Source: a bacterium (GTDB lineage: Bacteria > UBA8248). From it: 64,000 nucleotides of DNA. Below are positions 19,208 through 29,643 of the stretch, one piece after another (positions within the stretch are counted from its first letter, which is position 1; each line of letters begins with the position of its first letter). The DNA lies in NCBI GenBank assembly GCA_965203325.1, contig OZ241875.1, positions 4,192,001-4,256,000 on the forward strand. The letters are read 5' to 3'. Under the pieces are notes generated by a model. That model saw only the letters and a list, made by a program, of their open reading frames with translations. It did not search any database and was not told where the DNA came from. The translations under genes were made by a program, and so were the position numbers.

Positions 19208-20383
19208 TTACGCTTTCAAGGCCTGATCCAGATCCTCGATCAAATCGTCCGCGTCCTCGATCCCCACGGAAAGCCGAATCAAGGTGTCGCTGATGCCAAG
19301 TGCTTTCCTGTTCTCCTCGGTGAGGGAGGCGTGGGTCATGATGGCGGGATGCTCCACCAGGGATTCCGTGCCGCCCAGGCTCTCCGCCAGGGTGAACAGC
19401 CGCACGTTTTCTAGGAATCTGCGCGCCTCGGGCAGGCCGCCTCTTAAGTAGAACGCCAGCATGCCCCCGAAACCGCTCATCTGCCTTTTGGCCAGATCGT
19501 GCTGGGGGTGAGATTCCAGCCCCGGATATATGACTTTCTCCACCCCGGGGTGTCCCTCAAAATGCCTGGCGATTTTCATGGCGTTTTGCTGGTGTTTTTC
19601 CATCCGCACGGGGAGGGTGTCGATGCCCCGCATGGTCATGTAACAGTCGAATGGGGCGGGCGTCGCCCCGAGCGCGTTCTGGTAATGCTTTATACGTTCA
19701 TGGAGCGCCTGGCTTTTCGTCACTAGGGCGCCGCCGACCACGTCGCTGTGTCCGCCGATGTATTTCGTCGTGCTGTGAACGGCGATGTCCGCGCCCAGGG
19801 CGAGTGGTCTTTGAAAATAGGGACTCATGAAGGTGTTGTCCACGGCGACGATGGCCCCGTCTTTCCCGTAGGTTGAGGCGATACTCCGGATGTCGGCCAT
19901 CTTGAGGAGTGGGTTCGTGGGGCTCTCTATCCAGATGAGCCTCGTGTTCTCTCTGATTTTGCCGGCCAGGGATTCTTCATCGGCCATGTCGACGTAATCG
20001 CATGCAATCCCGAATTTCTCGAACCCCCTCAAATCCTTGCCCGTGATGAGGCGGAAGGTTCCGCCGTACACGTCGTCCGAGCAAAGCATGTGATCGCCAT
20101 GAGACAAAAGGGCGAAAAGTATCGTGGTGGTTGCGCCCAGACCCGAGGAAAACGCCAGCCCGTGGCATTCGGCATCCTCGTTATCGGGACGTTCGAGGCC
20201 TGCGATGTTCATCTCCAAGGCCTCTCGCGTCGGGTTGCCCGAGCGCGAGTATTCAAAATCGCCGATGGGGTCGCCGGGCGTATTCTGCTTGAACGTGCTG
20301 CTCAGGCAGATATCGGGCTTCACGGCGCCGGTGAGTGCGTTGGGGTCTTTTCCGTGGTGAATTGCTCTGGTGGATATTTTCAT
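19208..20383 (-). CDS. Cystathionine gamma-lyase/synthase (Cys/Met PLP enzyme)
   Basis: YSRSGNPT, ESPTNPL, VDNTF, HSTTKYIGGHSD, AESLGG. Confidence 0.9.
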   Translation of the reverse strand: MKISTRAIHHGKDPNALTGAVKPDICLSSTFKQNTPGDPIGDFEYSRSGNPTREALEMNIAGLERPDNEDAECHGLAFSSGLGATTTILFALLSHGDHMLCSDDVYGGTFRLITGKDLRGFEKFGIACDYVDMADEESLAGKIRENTRLIWIESPTNPLLKMADIRSIASTYGKDGAIVAVDNTFMSPYFQRPLALGADIAVHSTTKYIGGHSDVVGGALVTKSQALHERIKHYQNALGATPAPFDCYMTMRGIDTLPVRMEKHQQNAMKIARHFEGHPGVEKVIYPGLESHPQHDLAKRQMSGFGGMLAFYLRGGLPEARRFLENVRLFTLAESLGGTESLVEHPAIMTHASLTEENRKALGISDTLIRLSVGIEDADDLIEDLDQALKA

Positions 20384-20428
20384 GTTGCTCCATGAAGGCG
20401 GGGGTGGTTTCAGTCTCCGAATCGACCT

Positions 20429-21436
20429 CTATGACGCGCTCTTTGGTGCCGCCGCCTGTTCAATCTCATCTTCATCCAGGAAGGCGTTGGCGACCATCCA
20501 TTCATCGGAGAAAATCTTGCTGAGATAGAACATGCCTGAATCCGGCATGAGGGTGACGATTCTTTCGGGTTTTTCGAGGGATTCCGCGTACCGCACGGCG
20601 CCTGCGACCGCGCCGCCCGCAGAGCCGCCCACGAGGATGCCTTCTTCTCTCGCCAGCCTGCGCGCCATCAGTAGGCACTCAGCGTCGGTGACGCGGACGA
20701 CCTCGTCGATGTTCTCGAAACTGAGCGTCGCGGGTTTGAAGCTCTCCCCGATGCCTTCGGTCTTGTAGGAGCCCGCCTCGGGGTCGGTTTCCCCGTAGAA
20801 AAGGCCGTAGAGAATCGAACCGATGGGGTCCACGCCGACGATTTTGATGTCGGTTTTTTTTTCTTTCAGGAACCTTCCCGTTCCCGAGATGGTGCCGCCG
20901 GTGCCGAGACCCGTGACGAAGGCGTCGAACTCGCCTCCCGTCTGACGCCATATCTCGGGCCCTGTCATGCGGTAGTGGGATTCGGGGTTATTCGGGTTGT
21001 TGTACTGGTTCGCCAGTATGCAGTTGGGCGTCTCCTTCACGATCCTGCGCGCAACGCTGTAGTGGCTCTCCGGGTCGTCGAGCGAGACCGTAGGCGTGAC
21101 GATGACTTTAGCACCATATGCGCGGAGCCGGTCGACTTTCTCCTGGCTCATCTTGTCGGGCATCACGAAAACACAATTGTAGCCCTTGATGGCGGCCACG
21201 ATGGCGAGTCCCGCGCCGGTGTTCCCGGAAGTGGCCTCGACAATCGTTCCACCCGGTTTGAGTTCGCCCTTTTTTTCCGCGTCTTCGACGATCAGCGGTG
21301 CGATGCGATCTTTCACCGAGAGACCGGGATTCATGTATTCGACCTTGACGAACAGTTCGGATTCCAGTTCTGAGCTGACCGAATTGAGTCTTACGATCGG
21401 CGTGTCGCCGATGGCCTCCAGAATGTTGTTCTTCAC
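20429..21436 (-). CDS. Cystathionine beta-synthase/cysteine synthase family
   Basis: NPGLSVKDR, EATSGNTG, GTGGT, EGIG. Confidence 0.9.
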   Translation of the reverse strand: MKNNILEAIGDTPIVRLNSVSSELESELFVKVEYMNPGLSVKDRIAPLIVEDAEKKGELKPGGTIVEATSGNTGAGLAIVAAIKGYNCVFVMPDKMSQEKVDRLRAYGAKVIVTPTVSLDDPESHYSVARRIVKETPNCILANQYNNPNNPESHYRMTGPEIWRQTGGEFDAFVTGLGTGGTISGTGRFLKEKKTDIKIVGVDPIGSILYGLFYGETDPEAGSYKTEGIGESFKPATLSFENIDEVVRVTDAECLLMARRLAREEGILVGGSAGGAVAGAVRYAESLEKPERIVTLMPDSGMFYLSKIFSDEWMVANAFLDEDEIEQAAAPKSAS

Positions 21437-21514
21437 TTGCTTATGCCCTCGAAAACGGCTTGAAAATTTGAAAGCATCATACTGCGAGACGATTATGCGG
21501 CATCCGCGCGGCGT

Positions 21515-22753
21515 CTACAAATCATCGAGAATCTCGACGGCCTGAAACAATTTTCCCTCCATGAACTTGAGGCTCGCCCCACCGCCCGTGCTTACGTGGC
21601 TCACTCGCTCGCTCAGCCCGGCCATCTCGATGGCCGCCGCGCTGTCGCCACCGCCGATGACGGTCGTGGCGCCGTTTTTCGTCGCCTCCGCGAGGGCATG
21701 CGCGACGGTGAAAGTGCCCTTATCGAACGGCTTGACCTCGAAAACGCCCATCGGGCCGTTCCAGACGATGGTTTTCGCCTCTGAGATCATTTCAGAGAAC
21801 CGGCGCGCGGACTCGGGACCGATGTCGAGACCCATCAGACCTTCGGGGATCAGGCCCTGAAAGACCTCGTATTCAGCACCCTCTTCAATGGCGCGCGCGC
21901 AGATGACGTCCGTAGGCAAAACGAGTTTCTCGCGTCCCAAGGACTGCAGCCGCGCGGCGACTTCGACCCTGTCTTCCTCCACGAGGCTCGCGCCCGTCTC
22001 CTGCCCGTTCGCCCGCATGAACGTATAGACCATGGCCCCGCCGATGAGCACCCGGTCGCATTTGCCCAATAAAGTTTCGATGACCATCATCTTGTCGGAG
22101 ACTTTCTTTCCTCCGATGATGGCGAGGAAGGGTTTTTCCGGCGCATTCAGCGCCTCCCCCAGGTACTGAAGCTCCTTTTCCAGCAGGAATCCCGCAACGC
22201 GGGGCTTTCCGGCCATCATCTGCGGCACGGTGAGCATACTCGCATTATCGCGGTGGCAGGTGCCGAAGGCGTCGTTCACGTAGACGTCGGCCAAAGAGGC
22301 CAGCCCCTGCGCGAAGGCGTCTTTTTCCCGTCTTAGGGCCGTATCTTCAGAGGCCCCCTTATCCTTGATCTGCTCGGCCTTGTGGAAGCGGAGGTTTTCG
22401 AGAAGGCAGCATTCCCCGTCTTTTAGCGCGGCCACAGTGCTCTCGGCAGCGTGTCCCACGCAGTCTTTCGCGAAGCCGACGCTCTTGCCGAGTAATTTCC
22501 CGAGACGCTCGGCGATGGGCGCAAGGGTCCACCTGGCGTTGGCCTCGGGGCCTTCTCCCGTCGGGCGCCCAAGATGGCTCATGAGGACGAGGCGGCCACC
22601 GCCAGCCAATATGTGGTTTGTCGTGGGGAGCGCCATGCGAATCCTGCGATCATCGGCGATGCGGCCGTTCGCGTCCTGCGGAACGTTGAAGTCCACACGC
22701 ATCAGCACGCGCTTACCACGCACGTCGATGTCCGAGATGCTTTTCTTCGTCAT
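21515..22753 (-). CDS. pgk: Phosphoglycerate kinase
   Basis: RVDFNVP, SHLGRP, LLENLRF, NDAFG, WNGPMGVFE, GGGDS, STGGGASL. True start MTKKSISD. Confidence 0.95.
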   Translation of the reverse strand: MTKKSISDIDVRGKRVLMRVDFNVPQDANGRIADDRRIRMALPTTNHILAGGGRLVLMSHLGRPTGEGPEANARWTLAPIAERLGKLLGKSVGFAKDCVGHAAESTVAALKDGECCLLENLRFHKAEQIKDKGASEDTALRREKDAFAQGLASLADVYVNDAFGTCHRDNASMLTVPQMMAGKPRVAGFLLEKELQYLGEALNAPEKPFLAIIGGKKVSDKMMVIETLLGKCDRVLIGGAMVYTFMRANGQETGASLVEEDRVEVAARLQSLGREKLVLPTDVICARAIEEGAEYEVFQGLIPEGLMGLDIGPESARRFSEMISEAKTIVWNGPMGVFEVKPFDKGTFTVAHALAEATKNGATTVIGGGDSAAAIEMAGLSERVSHVSTGGGASLKFMEGKLFQAVEILDDL

Positions 22754-22933
22754 GGGCCGCCGCCTTTGTGAAAGTGAACGCCGCCTAGAATGCCGCCGAA
22801 GGACAAGTCGTGTATAAGAAAAATCGTCATGAAAATCCAGCGCCCGGCCGAAGGTCTTCGAGGTTCGCGTTTCAGTTTCGCCCGGCGCCAACGCAGATAC
22901 GAGTATGAACGGGTTGCAAGGAAAGGGGAAGAG

Positions 22934-23728
22934 ATGATCACCATAGATTTGAGCGGAAAAATCGCCCTGGTGACGGGTTCGAGCCAGGGCATCGGGCAGG
23001 CGTGCGCCATGGTTTTGGCGCGCGCGGGGGCATCGGTCGCCCTCGCGGCCCGGAACGAGGAGAATTTGAAGCAGACCGCTTCCGACATTACCTCTACCGG
23101 AGGACGCGCGGAGGTGATGGCGGGCGATCTCACCGCTGCCGGCCAGGCGGAGCATGTGGTGGAAGAGACTTGCGCCCGGTTCGGGGGAATCGATTTTCTC
23201 ATAAGCGCCGCAGGCGTCAGCAGGCGCACAGACCCCATCGTAACGACGGATGAGGACATCGACCTCGCCATCGACCTCAAACTCCGCGCCGCCATCCGCT
23301 TGACGAAAGCCGCGATTCCGCAGATGAGGAAGCGGGGCGGGGGTGTCATCGTCTATTTCTCGGGGCTGAGTCACGTCCATACCTCCGAGTACCATGGCTC
23401 GGGTTGCATCCCGAACGCAGGTCTCGCCGCTTACAAGCATCAGCTCGCCCGCAGGCTCGCGCCCGAGAACATCCGGGTGAACCTCATCAATCCGGGCACG
23501 ACGGACACCCCGAGGTACGTCCGGCAGACGACGAAAATCGCGGAACTCACGAATCGAACTTATGAGGAAGTGGATGCCGAAAGGCGCGCCGAACTGCCCA
23601 TGGGCCGTCTCACACAGGCCGAGGATTGCGCGTACGCGGCGTTGTTCCTGGCCTCCGGCCTGGCTTCGAACATCACCGGCGAGTCTATCAACGTGGACGG
23701 CGGGCGGTGCGACGTGGTGAGGTCCTAG
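22934..23728 (+). CDS. SDR family oxidoreductase (atypical catalytic motif)
   Basis: TGSSQGIG, NIRVNLINPG, ITGESINVDGG; lacks a clear YxxxK. Confidence 0.85.
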   Translation: MITIDLSGKIALVTGSSQGIGQACAMVLARAGASVALAARNEENLKQTASDITSTGGRAEVMAGDLTAAGQAEHVVEETCARFGGIDFLISAAGVSRRTDPIVTTDEDIDLAIDLKLRAAIRLTKAAIPQMRKRGGGVIVYFSGLSHVHTSEYHGSGCIPNAGLAAYKHQLARRLAPENIRVNLINPGTTDTPRYVRQTTKIAELTNRTYEEVDAERRAELPMGRLTQAEDCAYAALFLASGLASNITGESINVDGGRCDVVRS

Positions 23729-24489
23729 AGCGCGTTGCTTCCGCCGTCGAGATATATCGTCTGCCCGGTCATGTAGTCGCTCTGGGGGCCGCAAAGGTAG
23801 ACGATGAGGGGCCGTATTTCTTCGAGTTCGCCGTAGCGCTTCATGGGAACGTAGCGCAGGAATTCCTCGCTTTGCGCGGGATCGGCGATTCGATCGACCG
23901 TCATCGGGGTAGGGAAACGGCCCGGCGCGATGTTGTTCACCTGAATGTTCTTCTCTGCAAGCTCGACGGCGAGCGCCTCGGTGAATCCTCTCACGCCAGA
24001 TTTCGACGCCGCATAGGCCACCTGATTGGGGCGGCCCCGGCTGCCTGCGCCCGAACCTAGGTTGACGATTTTTCCTTCTCCCGCTTCGAGCATGAAGCGC
24101 ACCGCCGCGCGGCAGCAATAGAACATGCCGCTCAGGTTCAAATCGATGGTCTCGCGCCAGAGTTCGTCCGTCGTATCGAGAATGGGGCTGGGGAGCGACA
24201 CCCCCGCATTGTTGATGAGAATGTGCGGACCTCCGAGTTCTTTGTTGACCTGCTCGAACAGGGCGTTCACCCGCGCCGGATCCGTGACGTCGCAGACGGC
24301 GGGTCTGGCTCTGATGCCGAATTTCTCGCATTCTTTCGCAGTATCAGCCATCGGCTCGGGCCGCCTGCCGATGAGGACGAGGTCCGCACCAGCCTCGGCG
24401 AGTGCGATGGCCATCGAGGCGCCGAGCCCCTGGCCGCCGCCCGTGATGCAGGCCGTCTTGCCACTCAAATCTACACCGGGTGAGGTCAT
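23725..24489 (-). CDS. SDR family oxidoreductase
   Basis: TGGGQGLG, NNAG, YAASK, TGQTIYLDGG. Confidence 0.9.
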   Translation of the reverse strand: MTSPGVDLSGKTACITGGGQGLGASMAIALAEAGADLVLIGRRPEPMADTAKECEKFGIRARPAVCDVTDPARVNALFEQVNKELGGPHILINNAGVSLPSPILDTTDELWRETIDLNLSGMFYCCRAAVRFMLEAGEGKIVNLGSGAGSRGRPNQVAYAASKSGVRGFTEALAVELAEKNIQVNNIAPGRFPTPMTVDRIADPAQSEEFLRYVPMKRYGELEEIRPLIVYLCGPQSDYMTGQTIYLDGGSNAL

Positions 24490-24676
24490 ATCTGCTCCGC
24501 TTTTCAGTCCGCCCGGCGAAAGGCCCCGCGCCGCGATTGCGCGCGCAAAGTCACTCCGGGGCTTTACCGCCGTGCAGTAGTGGGGTACATAAACCTTGGC
24601 TCCGCAATCATTTCGACGGACATTCTCTTCCACATTTTGGCGAAGAGTCAAAGTGAACATCTTAAGTGAGGATGCG

Positions 24677-25918
24677 ATGAGTCTCGCGCAGGCGCCTGCG
24701 GCAATCAGCAGCGAAAACATGGAGTTGGTCGCCTATCACGACCTGGAAGACAGGCCCGCCTTCAAAACGGCGATTCAGGAGGTGGACGGGCGGTTTTACC
24801 TCTACCTCTCGCAATTCTGGGTGAGCGGCTGGAGCATTCTCGACGTAACTGATCCCGAAAACCCCGAACTCCTAAAGTTTATTGAGGGTCCCGACAACAC
24901 CTGGACGCTCCAGGTCCAGGTGGCGGATGGTTTGCTCATCACCTCCCTGGAGAGAATCCCTCCCGGCTGGGGACCGCGGCCCGAGGATCCGCCTGAAGCC
25001 GAGGGCGTCTACATCTGGGACGTGAAAAAAGACCCGGCCAATCCGCAACTCATCTCGCACTGGCAGACGGGGGCAGACGGCACGCACCGGAATTTTTATA
25101 ACGGCGGCCGCTACGCCCACCTCTCCGCCTACGCGCCCGGCTATGACGGAAACATCTACCGCATTCTGGATCTGGCCGATCCCCGGAATCCCAAAGAAGC
25201 GGGCCGATTCTGGCTGCCCGAACAGGAGGATGCCGAAACCGATATGTCGGACGACTGGAGCGAGGGGATGCGCGTGTTCCAACATGGTCCGGCCCATGCG
25301 GAAAACGGGCGTGCTTATTTGCCGTATGCGCGCGGCGGGTTCGTCATTGCGGACATTGAGGATGTATCCAGCCCCAAACTCGTCAGCCGCTTCAACGTCT
25401 ACCCGCCGCTGGGCAGCGCGATCGCCGTCCACACGGCGTATCCCTATCTCAACCGGGGATTCGCCATCATTAACAGCGAGGCGCTCAAGGAGAATTGTGA
25501 CGAGCCGCTCAACTACACGGCGATCATCGACATCGAAGACGAGGCGACCCCGAGGCTCATGTCGCTCTTCCCGGTGCCAGAGCCGCCGGCGGGCTATTCC
25601 CACAAGAGCTTCTGCGAGCGCGGCGGACGCTTCGGCCCCCACAACCAGCATCATCCCCAGGGGATCGATTGTTTAGAGCAAAGAGAAGACCGCATTTATC
25701 TGACGTATTTCAACGCCGGTCTCAGGGTCTATGACATCTCCGAGCCCATCCATCCGCGCGAGATCGCGCACTACATCCCCGCCGACCCGACGAAACGCCT
25801 CGGCATGCTGCCCAAGACGCTCGTCACCCAGAGCGAGGACGTCATCGTGGACAGACGCGGGGTCATTTACGTGACGGACAAGAACCACGGACTTCATATA
25901 TTGCGCTGCACCGTTTAG
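24677..25918 (+). CDS. LVIVD-repeat beta-propeller-like protein
   Basis: Repeated xIxDVxDPxNP units; FGPHNQH, YFNAGLRVYDI. Confidence 0.75.
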   Translation: MSLAQAPAAISSENMELVAYHDLEDRPAFKTAIQEVDGRFYLYLSQFWVSGWSILDVTDPENPELLKFIEGPDNTWTLQVQVADGLLITSLERIPPGWGPRPEDPPEAEGVYIWDVKKDPANPQLISHWQTGADGTHRNFYNGGRYAHLSAYAPGYDGNIYRILDLADPRNPKEAGRFWLPEQEDAETDMSDDWSEGMRVFQHGPAHAENGRAYLPYARGGFVIADIEDVSSPKLVSRFNVYPPLGSAIAVHTAYPYLNRGFAIINSEALKENCDEPLNYTAIIDIEDEATPRLMSLFPVPEPPAGYSHKSFCERGGRFGPHNQHHPQGIDCLEQREDRIYLTYFNAGLRVYDISEPIHPREIAHYIPADPTKRLGMLPKTLVTQSEDVIVDRRGVIYVTDKNHGLHILRCTV

Positions 25919-25938
25919 GCGAAAAGGAGAAAAATTCT

Positions 25939-26628
25939 ATGCCTACCATCGTTGACCTTTCACGAGAGATCTACCACCGCACACCCGCATATCCGGGCCA
26001 GCCGCCCATCCTCTACGCCGAGTGGAAAAACCACGAAGAGGCCTTCAAGGACTCGGGAAACGTCTGGGGGAACGCCCTGAACTTCGTCACTATGCCCGAG
26101 CACGGCACCACGCATCTCGACGCGCCGCGCCATTTCCACCAGGACGCGCAGCCGATGAACGAGTACCCGCTCGAGAACTGCATCGTTCGCGGCATCTGCA
26201 TCGATCTGCAGCATATTGAGCCCCGGGCGGAAATCAGCTCACAAGACCTCGACGCAGCAGTGAAAAAAACGGGCCTCTCGGTTCCCCAGGGCGGCACCAT
26301 CCTCCTGTGCACAGGCCATCATGCCCGCACTTTCCCGACGAAGGCGTATGGGTCGGATAATCCTGGCGTCAACGTGGAGGCCACCGAATGGCTCGCGGAT
26401 CAGGGAATCGTCCATTTCGGGATTGATTCCATGCGTCCCGGCCCCGAGGGCGACGTGAACGCTTTGGTCCACAAAACCTGCTGGGAGAGGGGGATCACCC
26501 ATCTGGAAAGCCTTTGTAACTTGGAAGCGTTGCTGGGCAAGGGCGAGTTCCAGTTCATATCCCTTCCGCTCAAGTTCCGCGAGGGAACGGGAAGCCCCGT
26601 CCGCGCCGTGGCGGTTCTCGACGATTAG
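25939..26628 (+). CDS. Cyclase family (kynurenine formamidase-like) protein
   Basis: EHGTTHLDAPRHF, GTGSPVRAVA. Confidence 0.88.
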   Translation: MPTIVDLSREIYHRTPAYPGQPPILYAEWKNHEEAFKDSGNVWGNALNFVTMPEHGTTHLDAPRHFHQDAQPMNEYPLENCIVRGICIDLQHIEPRAEISSQDLDAAVKKTGLSVPQGGTILLCTGHHARTFPTKAYGSDNPGVNVEATEWLADQGIVHFGIDSMRPGPEGDVNALVHKTCWERGITHLESLCNLEALLGKGEFQFISLPLKFREGTGSPVRAVAVLDD

Positions 26629-26763
26629 TTCTTGATTCGGGGTCCTCGCCGTATGGGGGCGAGGACCCCGTCTTTTCGATGAATATCCAAAATGTGATAA
26701 GGTAAGTGTCTATCTACGACATCCGCCCCGGGGAGGGGAGTTTTCAAGCCCTCCACAGAGCCT

Positions 26764-27498
26764 ATGCCAGAGTCTCCCAAGCCCCGATCGGAGTATGCGC
26801 TCGAACTGGGACGACGCATCGCGCGCGCGCGTGAACGCAAGGGATTGAACCGCAACCAGTTGGCGCGCGCCGCGGGCGTCACGTGGGCGAATCTCACACG
26901 ATATGAGCAGGGCCAGAACGAACCGAGCGCAAGCAAACTGTTTGAAATCGCAAAAGTGCTCGACGTGTCCGGTGATTGGTTGCTGGGCCGAACCGGCGCG
27001 CCGGAAATTCCAGGCGTCGGGCCTCTGGATGTCTCCTTGAGTATGAGTGATAACTTGCGGACGCCGGGCAAGGTGAGCGATGCGGAGTTTCGCGCCGTGC
27101 CTTTGGTGTCGGGTTCCATCGCGGCGGGAAGCGCCAGAATCGTGGATGAGCAAATCGAGGAATACGCTCTTATCCACATCTCTCAAATTGCAGGGCGTGG
27201 GGATTTGGTATCCGTCCGGGTAGACCGCCAAATGGGCCGCAGTATGATTCCCACGATACAGCCGGGTGCGGTGGTCGTTATCGATCGCCGTGACAAGGCG
27301 ATCGTTCCCAATGGCATTTACGCCGTTCGGGATGAATCCGGCGGGTGTACGCTGAAACGGTTGCAGTGGACCCCGCCTCGTCTATGGCTGGTGCCCGAGA
27401 ATCGTGAAGACGTCGTCACGCATATTGATTTGGACGGGGAAGAGCCCGCCGATAGAATCGTGGGCCGCGTCGTCTGGGCCTACCAGCCGCTCGCTTGA
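26764..27498 (+). CDS. XRE HTH plus S24 peptidase (LexA/CI-like) repressor
   Basis: N-terminal HTH_3, IAAG cleavage site, RSMIPTI (Ser), TLKRL (Lys), IVGRVVW. Confidence 0.85.
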   Translation: MPESPKPRSEYALELGRRIARARERKGLNRNQLARAAGVTWANLTRYEQGQNEPSASKLFEIAKVLDVSGDWLLGRTGAPEIPGVGPLDVSLSMSDNLRTPGKVSDAEFRAVPLVSGSIAAGSARIVDEQIEEYALIHISQIAGRGDLVSVRVDRQMGRSMIPTIQPGAVVVIDRRDKAIVPNGIYAVRDESGGCTLKRLQWTPPRLWLVPENREDVVTHIDLDGEEPADRIVGRVVWAYQPLA

Positions 27499-27523
27499 GA
27501 GGGCTTTTTCAAAAATCCCTAAA

Positions 27524-28516
27524 CTAGGAGTCCATCAACTCCCTGCATTTTTCCGTGAGAGCGGGGATGACTTTCTTGTAGTCGCCCACGATGCCGTAGC
27601 GCGCGCGCTGGAAGATGGGCGCTTCGGCGTCCGTGTTGATGGCCACGATGTTCTTGCTCGGCCCCGCCCCGACCATGTGCTGCATGGCGCCTGATATACC
27701 GACGGCGATATAGAGATTGGGGCTCACGATCTTGCCCGTCTGGCCCACCTGCATGGGTGTCGGCACCCAGCCGGCGTCGACGGCGGCGCGGCTCGCGCCC
27801 ACGGCTGCTTTGAGAACTTGGGCGAGATCCTGGAGGTATTCGAAATTCTCCGGCCCGCCCAAACCGCGTCCGCCGCTCACGACGATTTCCGCGTCTTCCA
27901 GACGCACGCCCTCTGCTTCCACCTTTTTCGCCTCCACGAAATTCATGCGAATCTCATCTGCATCCACGGAAACGCCGATTTCCATGAACTCGCCCTCGCG
28001 GCCCTCTTCGATGTCGGCCAGCGGCAGGGCTTTCGCGCGCGTGGATGCGATGGAGAGGGAATCCGTTTTCGAGCGGACATGGCTGATGGCGCTGCCCCCG
28101 TGCACCGGGCGAACGGCGGCGAGCTTCCCCTCCTCAATCGAGAGGTCCGTGCAGTCGTGCGCGTAGCTGGCCCCGTGCCGGAAGGCGAGCCGGGGCGCCA
28201 CGTCCCGCCCCATGGAGGTATTGGCGACGAGGAAGATGTTCGGGTTCTCTTCTCCGATGACGGCGTCGATGACTTTGAGATACGCCGCATTGGTGTAGCC
28301 TTCGAGAATATCCGATTCAGCCGACAGCACCTTATCGGTTCCCAGGGCGATGAGCCCTTTCGCCAGTTCATGCGTGCCCGCTCCGCCGAGGAGGAGAGCG
28401 ACCAGGGAGCCTCCTTTTTCATCGGCGAGTTTTCGGCCGATACCGCAAAGCTCACTGCTTACGAGCGCCAGCTTGTCCCCTGCGCGCTCGGCTAAAACGA
28501 GAACGTTGTTCGACAT
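27524..28516 (-). CDS. etfA: Electron transfer flavoprotein alpha subunit
   Basis: [30 protein letters not shown]. Confidence 0.95.
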   Translation of the reverse strand: MSNNVLVLAERAGDKLALVSSELCGIGRKLADEKGGSLVALLLGGAGTHELAKGLIALGTDKVLSAESDILEGYTNAAYLKVIDAVIGEENPNIFLVANTSMGRDVAPRLAFRHGASYAHDCTDLSIEEGKLAAVRPVHGGSAISHVRSKTDSLSIASTRAKALPLADIEEGREGEFMEIGVSVDADEIRMNFVEAKKVEAEGVRLEDAEIVVSGGRGLGGPENFEYLQDLAQVLKAAVGASRAAVDAGWVPTPMQVGQTGKIVSPNLYIAVGISGAMQHMVGAGPSKNIVAINTDAEAPIFQRARYGIVGDYKKVIPALTEKCRELMDS

Positions 28517-28534
28517 GATGTTGTTCTTTCTCCC

Positions 28535-29335
28535 TTAAATAATTTTATCTTCACGAAGGCGTAGGGCCAGAGCGCCGGCTGCTTCTTCGAGTGATTCGCC
28601 TTCGATGAATTCGCAGTTCCCGTCAAAAACGGGCTTGTAGAATTTGGTGACTTCAAAAGTGGCCGCCCCGTTTCCGACCGAAGCGGGGTCGATTCCGATG
28701 TCCGGCACGCCCCAGACGGGGATCTGCTTGCGCGACGCCATGAGAATGCCTTTCACCGAGGGCAGGCGAGGGGTGTTGATCTCGTTGCTGGCGGTGAGCA
28801 GGCACGGGGTCGATACTTCGACGACCTCCACGCCGTCCTCCAGGGCGCGTTCACACCGGATCCCTGAGTCCGTCTTCTCCACTTTCTGTAGCTGGCTTAC
28901 GCTGGGCAGTTCGAGCGCTTCGGCGAGGGCGAGGGCGGTGGTTCCGTAACTCCAATCGCTGCTCAACCTGCCGCAAAAGATGACGTCAAAACCGTCGATC
29001 TTTTGAATCGCGCCCGCCAGAATCCGCGCGATGGCGAAGGCGTCGGAACCCTCGAAAGCATCGTCCTGGAGCAAAATGGCTTCATCGCATCCCATGGCCA
29101 GGCATTTTTTGAGACCGTCCCTGGCTTTTTCGTCGCCCATCGTCACGACGATGACTTTTCCGCCATGCTCTTCCTTGAGGTTGATGGCCGCTTCGACGGC
29201 GTTTTCGCAAAAGCCGTTGATGACGGGCGATACGTTTGCGGGCGGGATGACATCCATCTTCTCCTCATCGACCTTGAAATCGCGGGGAGGAATGTCGGGG
29301 TCTTGTACTTGCTTGATGCAGACGATGATATCCAA
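28535..29335 (-). CDS. etfB: Electron transfer flavoprotein beta subunit
   Basis: IIVCIKQV, NAVEAA, INTPRLPS; upstream of etfA. Confidence 0.93.
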   Translation of the reverse strand: MDIIVCIKQVQDPDIPPRDFKVDEEKMDVIPPANVSPVINGFCENAVEAAINLKEEHGGKVIVVTMGDEKARDGLKKCLAMGCDEAILLQDDAFEGSDAFAIARILAGAIQKIDGFDVIFCGRLSSDWSYGTTALALAEALELPSVSQLQKVEKTDSGIRCERALEDGVEVVEVSTPCLLTASNEINTPRLPSVKGILMASRKQIPVWGVPDIGIDPASVGNGAATFEVTKFYKPVFDGNCEFIEGESLEEAAGALALRLREDKII

Positions 29336-29643
29336 AGGGTTGATTCTCCTTGTTGATGCCGGTTCGAATCCGTCATGGTTGTTTGAGGTGCTCGGATGTG
29401 TTGTGAATCAACAAAACGAGACGCCTAAAAATAATGAGATGGAGTCGATGCGTCAACCGAGAAAGGCGTTTTTCCCGATTTTGCCCGCCTCCCCGGCACG
29501 CGCTCCCAAAGCGGTTCGTCCTTTCATGTTTGACAGGCAAAAAAATCCGCGCGATAAGATGAAAACGCTCCGGTATGAGGGCGAAACATTCCGACGGACG
29601 ATTTTTCAGCGCGTTTCCGGTTTTGGATTAGAGGGTCCTTTCT

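Noticed and set aside
22754..24331. 938-aa ORF suggesting a large PGK fusion
   Set aside because: The extension is an alternative-frame overlap of two SDR genes; PGK starts at 22753.
29358..29377. GGTTCGAATCC tRNA T-loop-like motif
   Set aside because: No acceptor, D or anticodon arms around it; it lies in the etfB upstream region.
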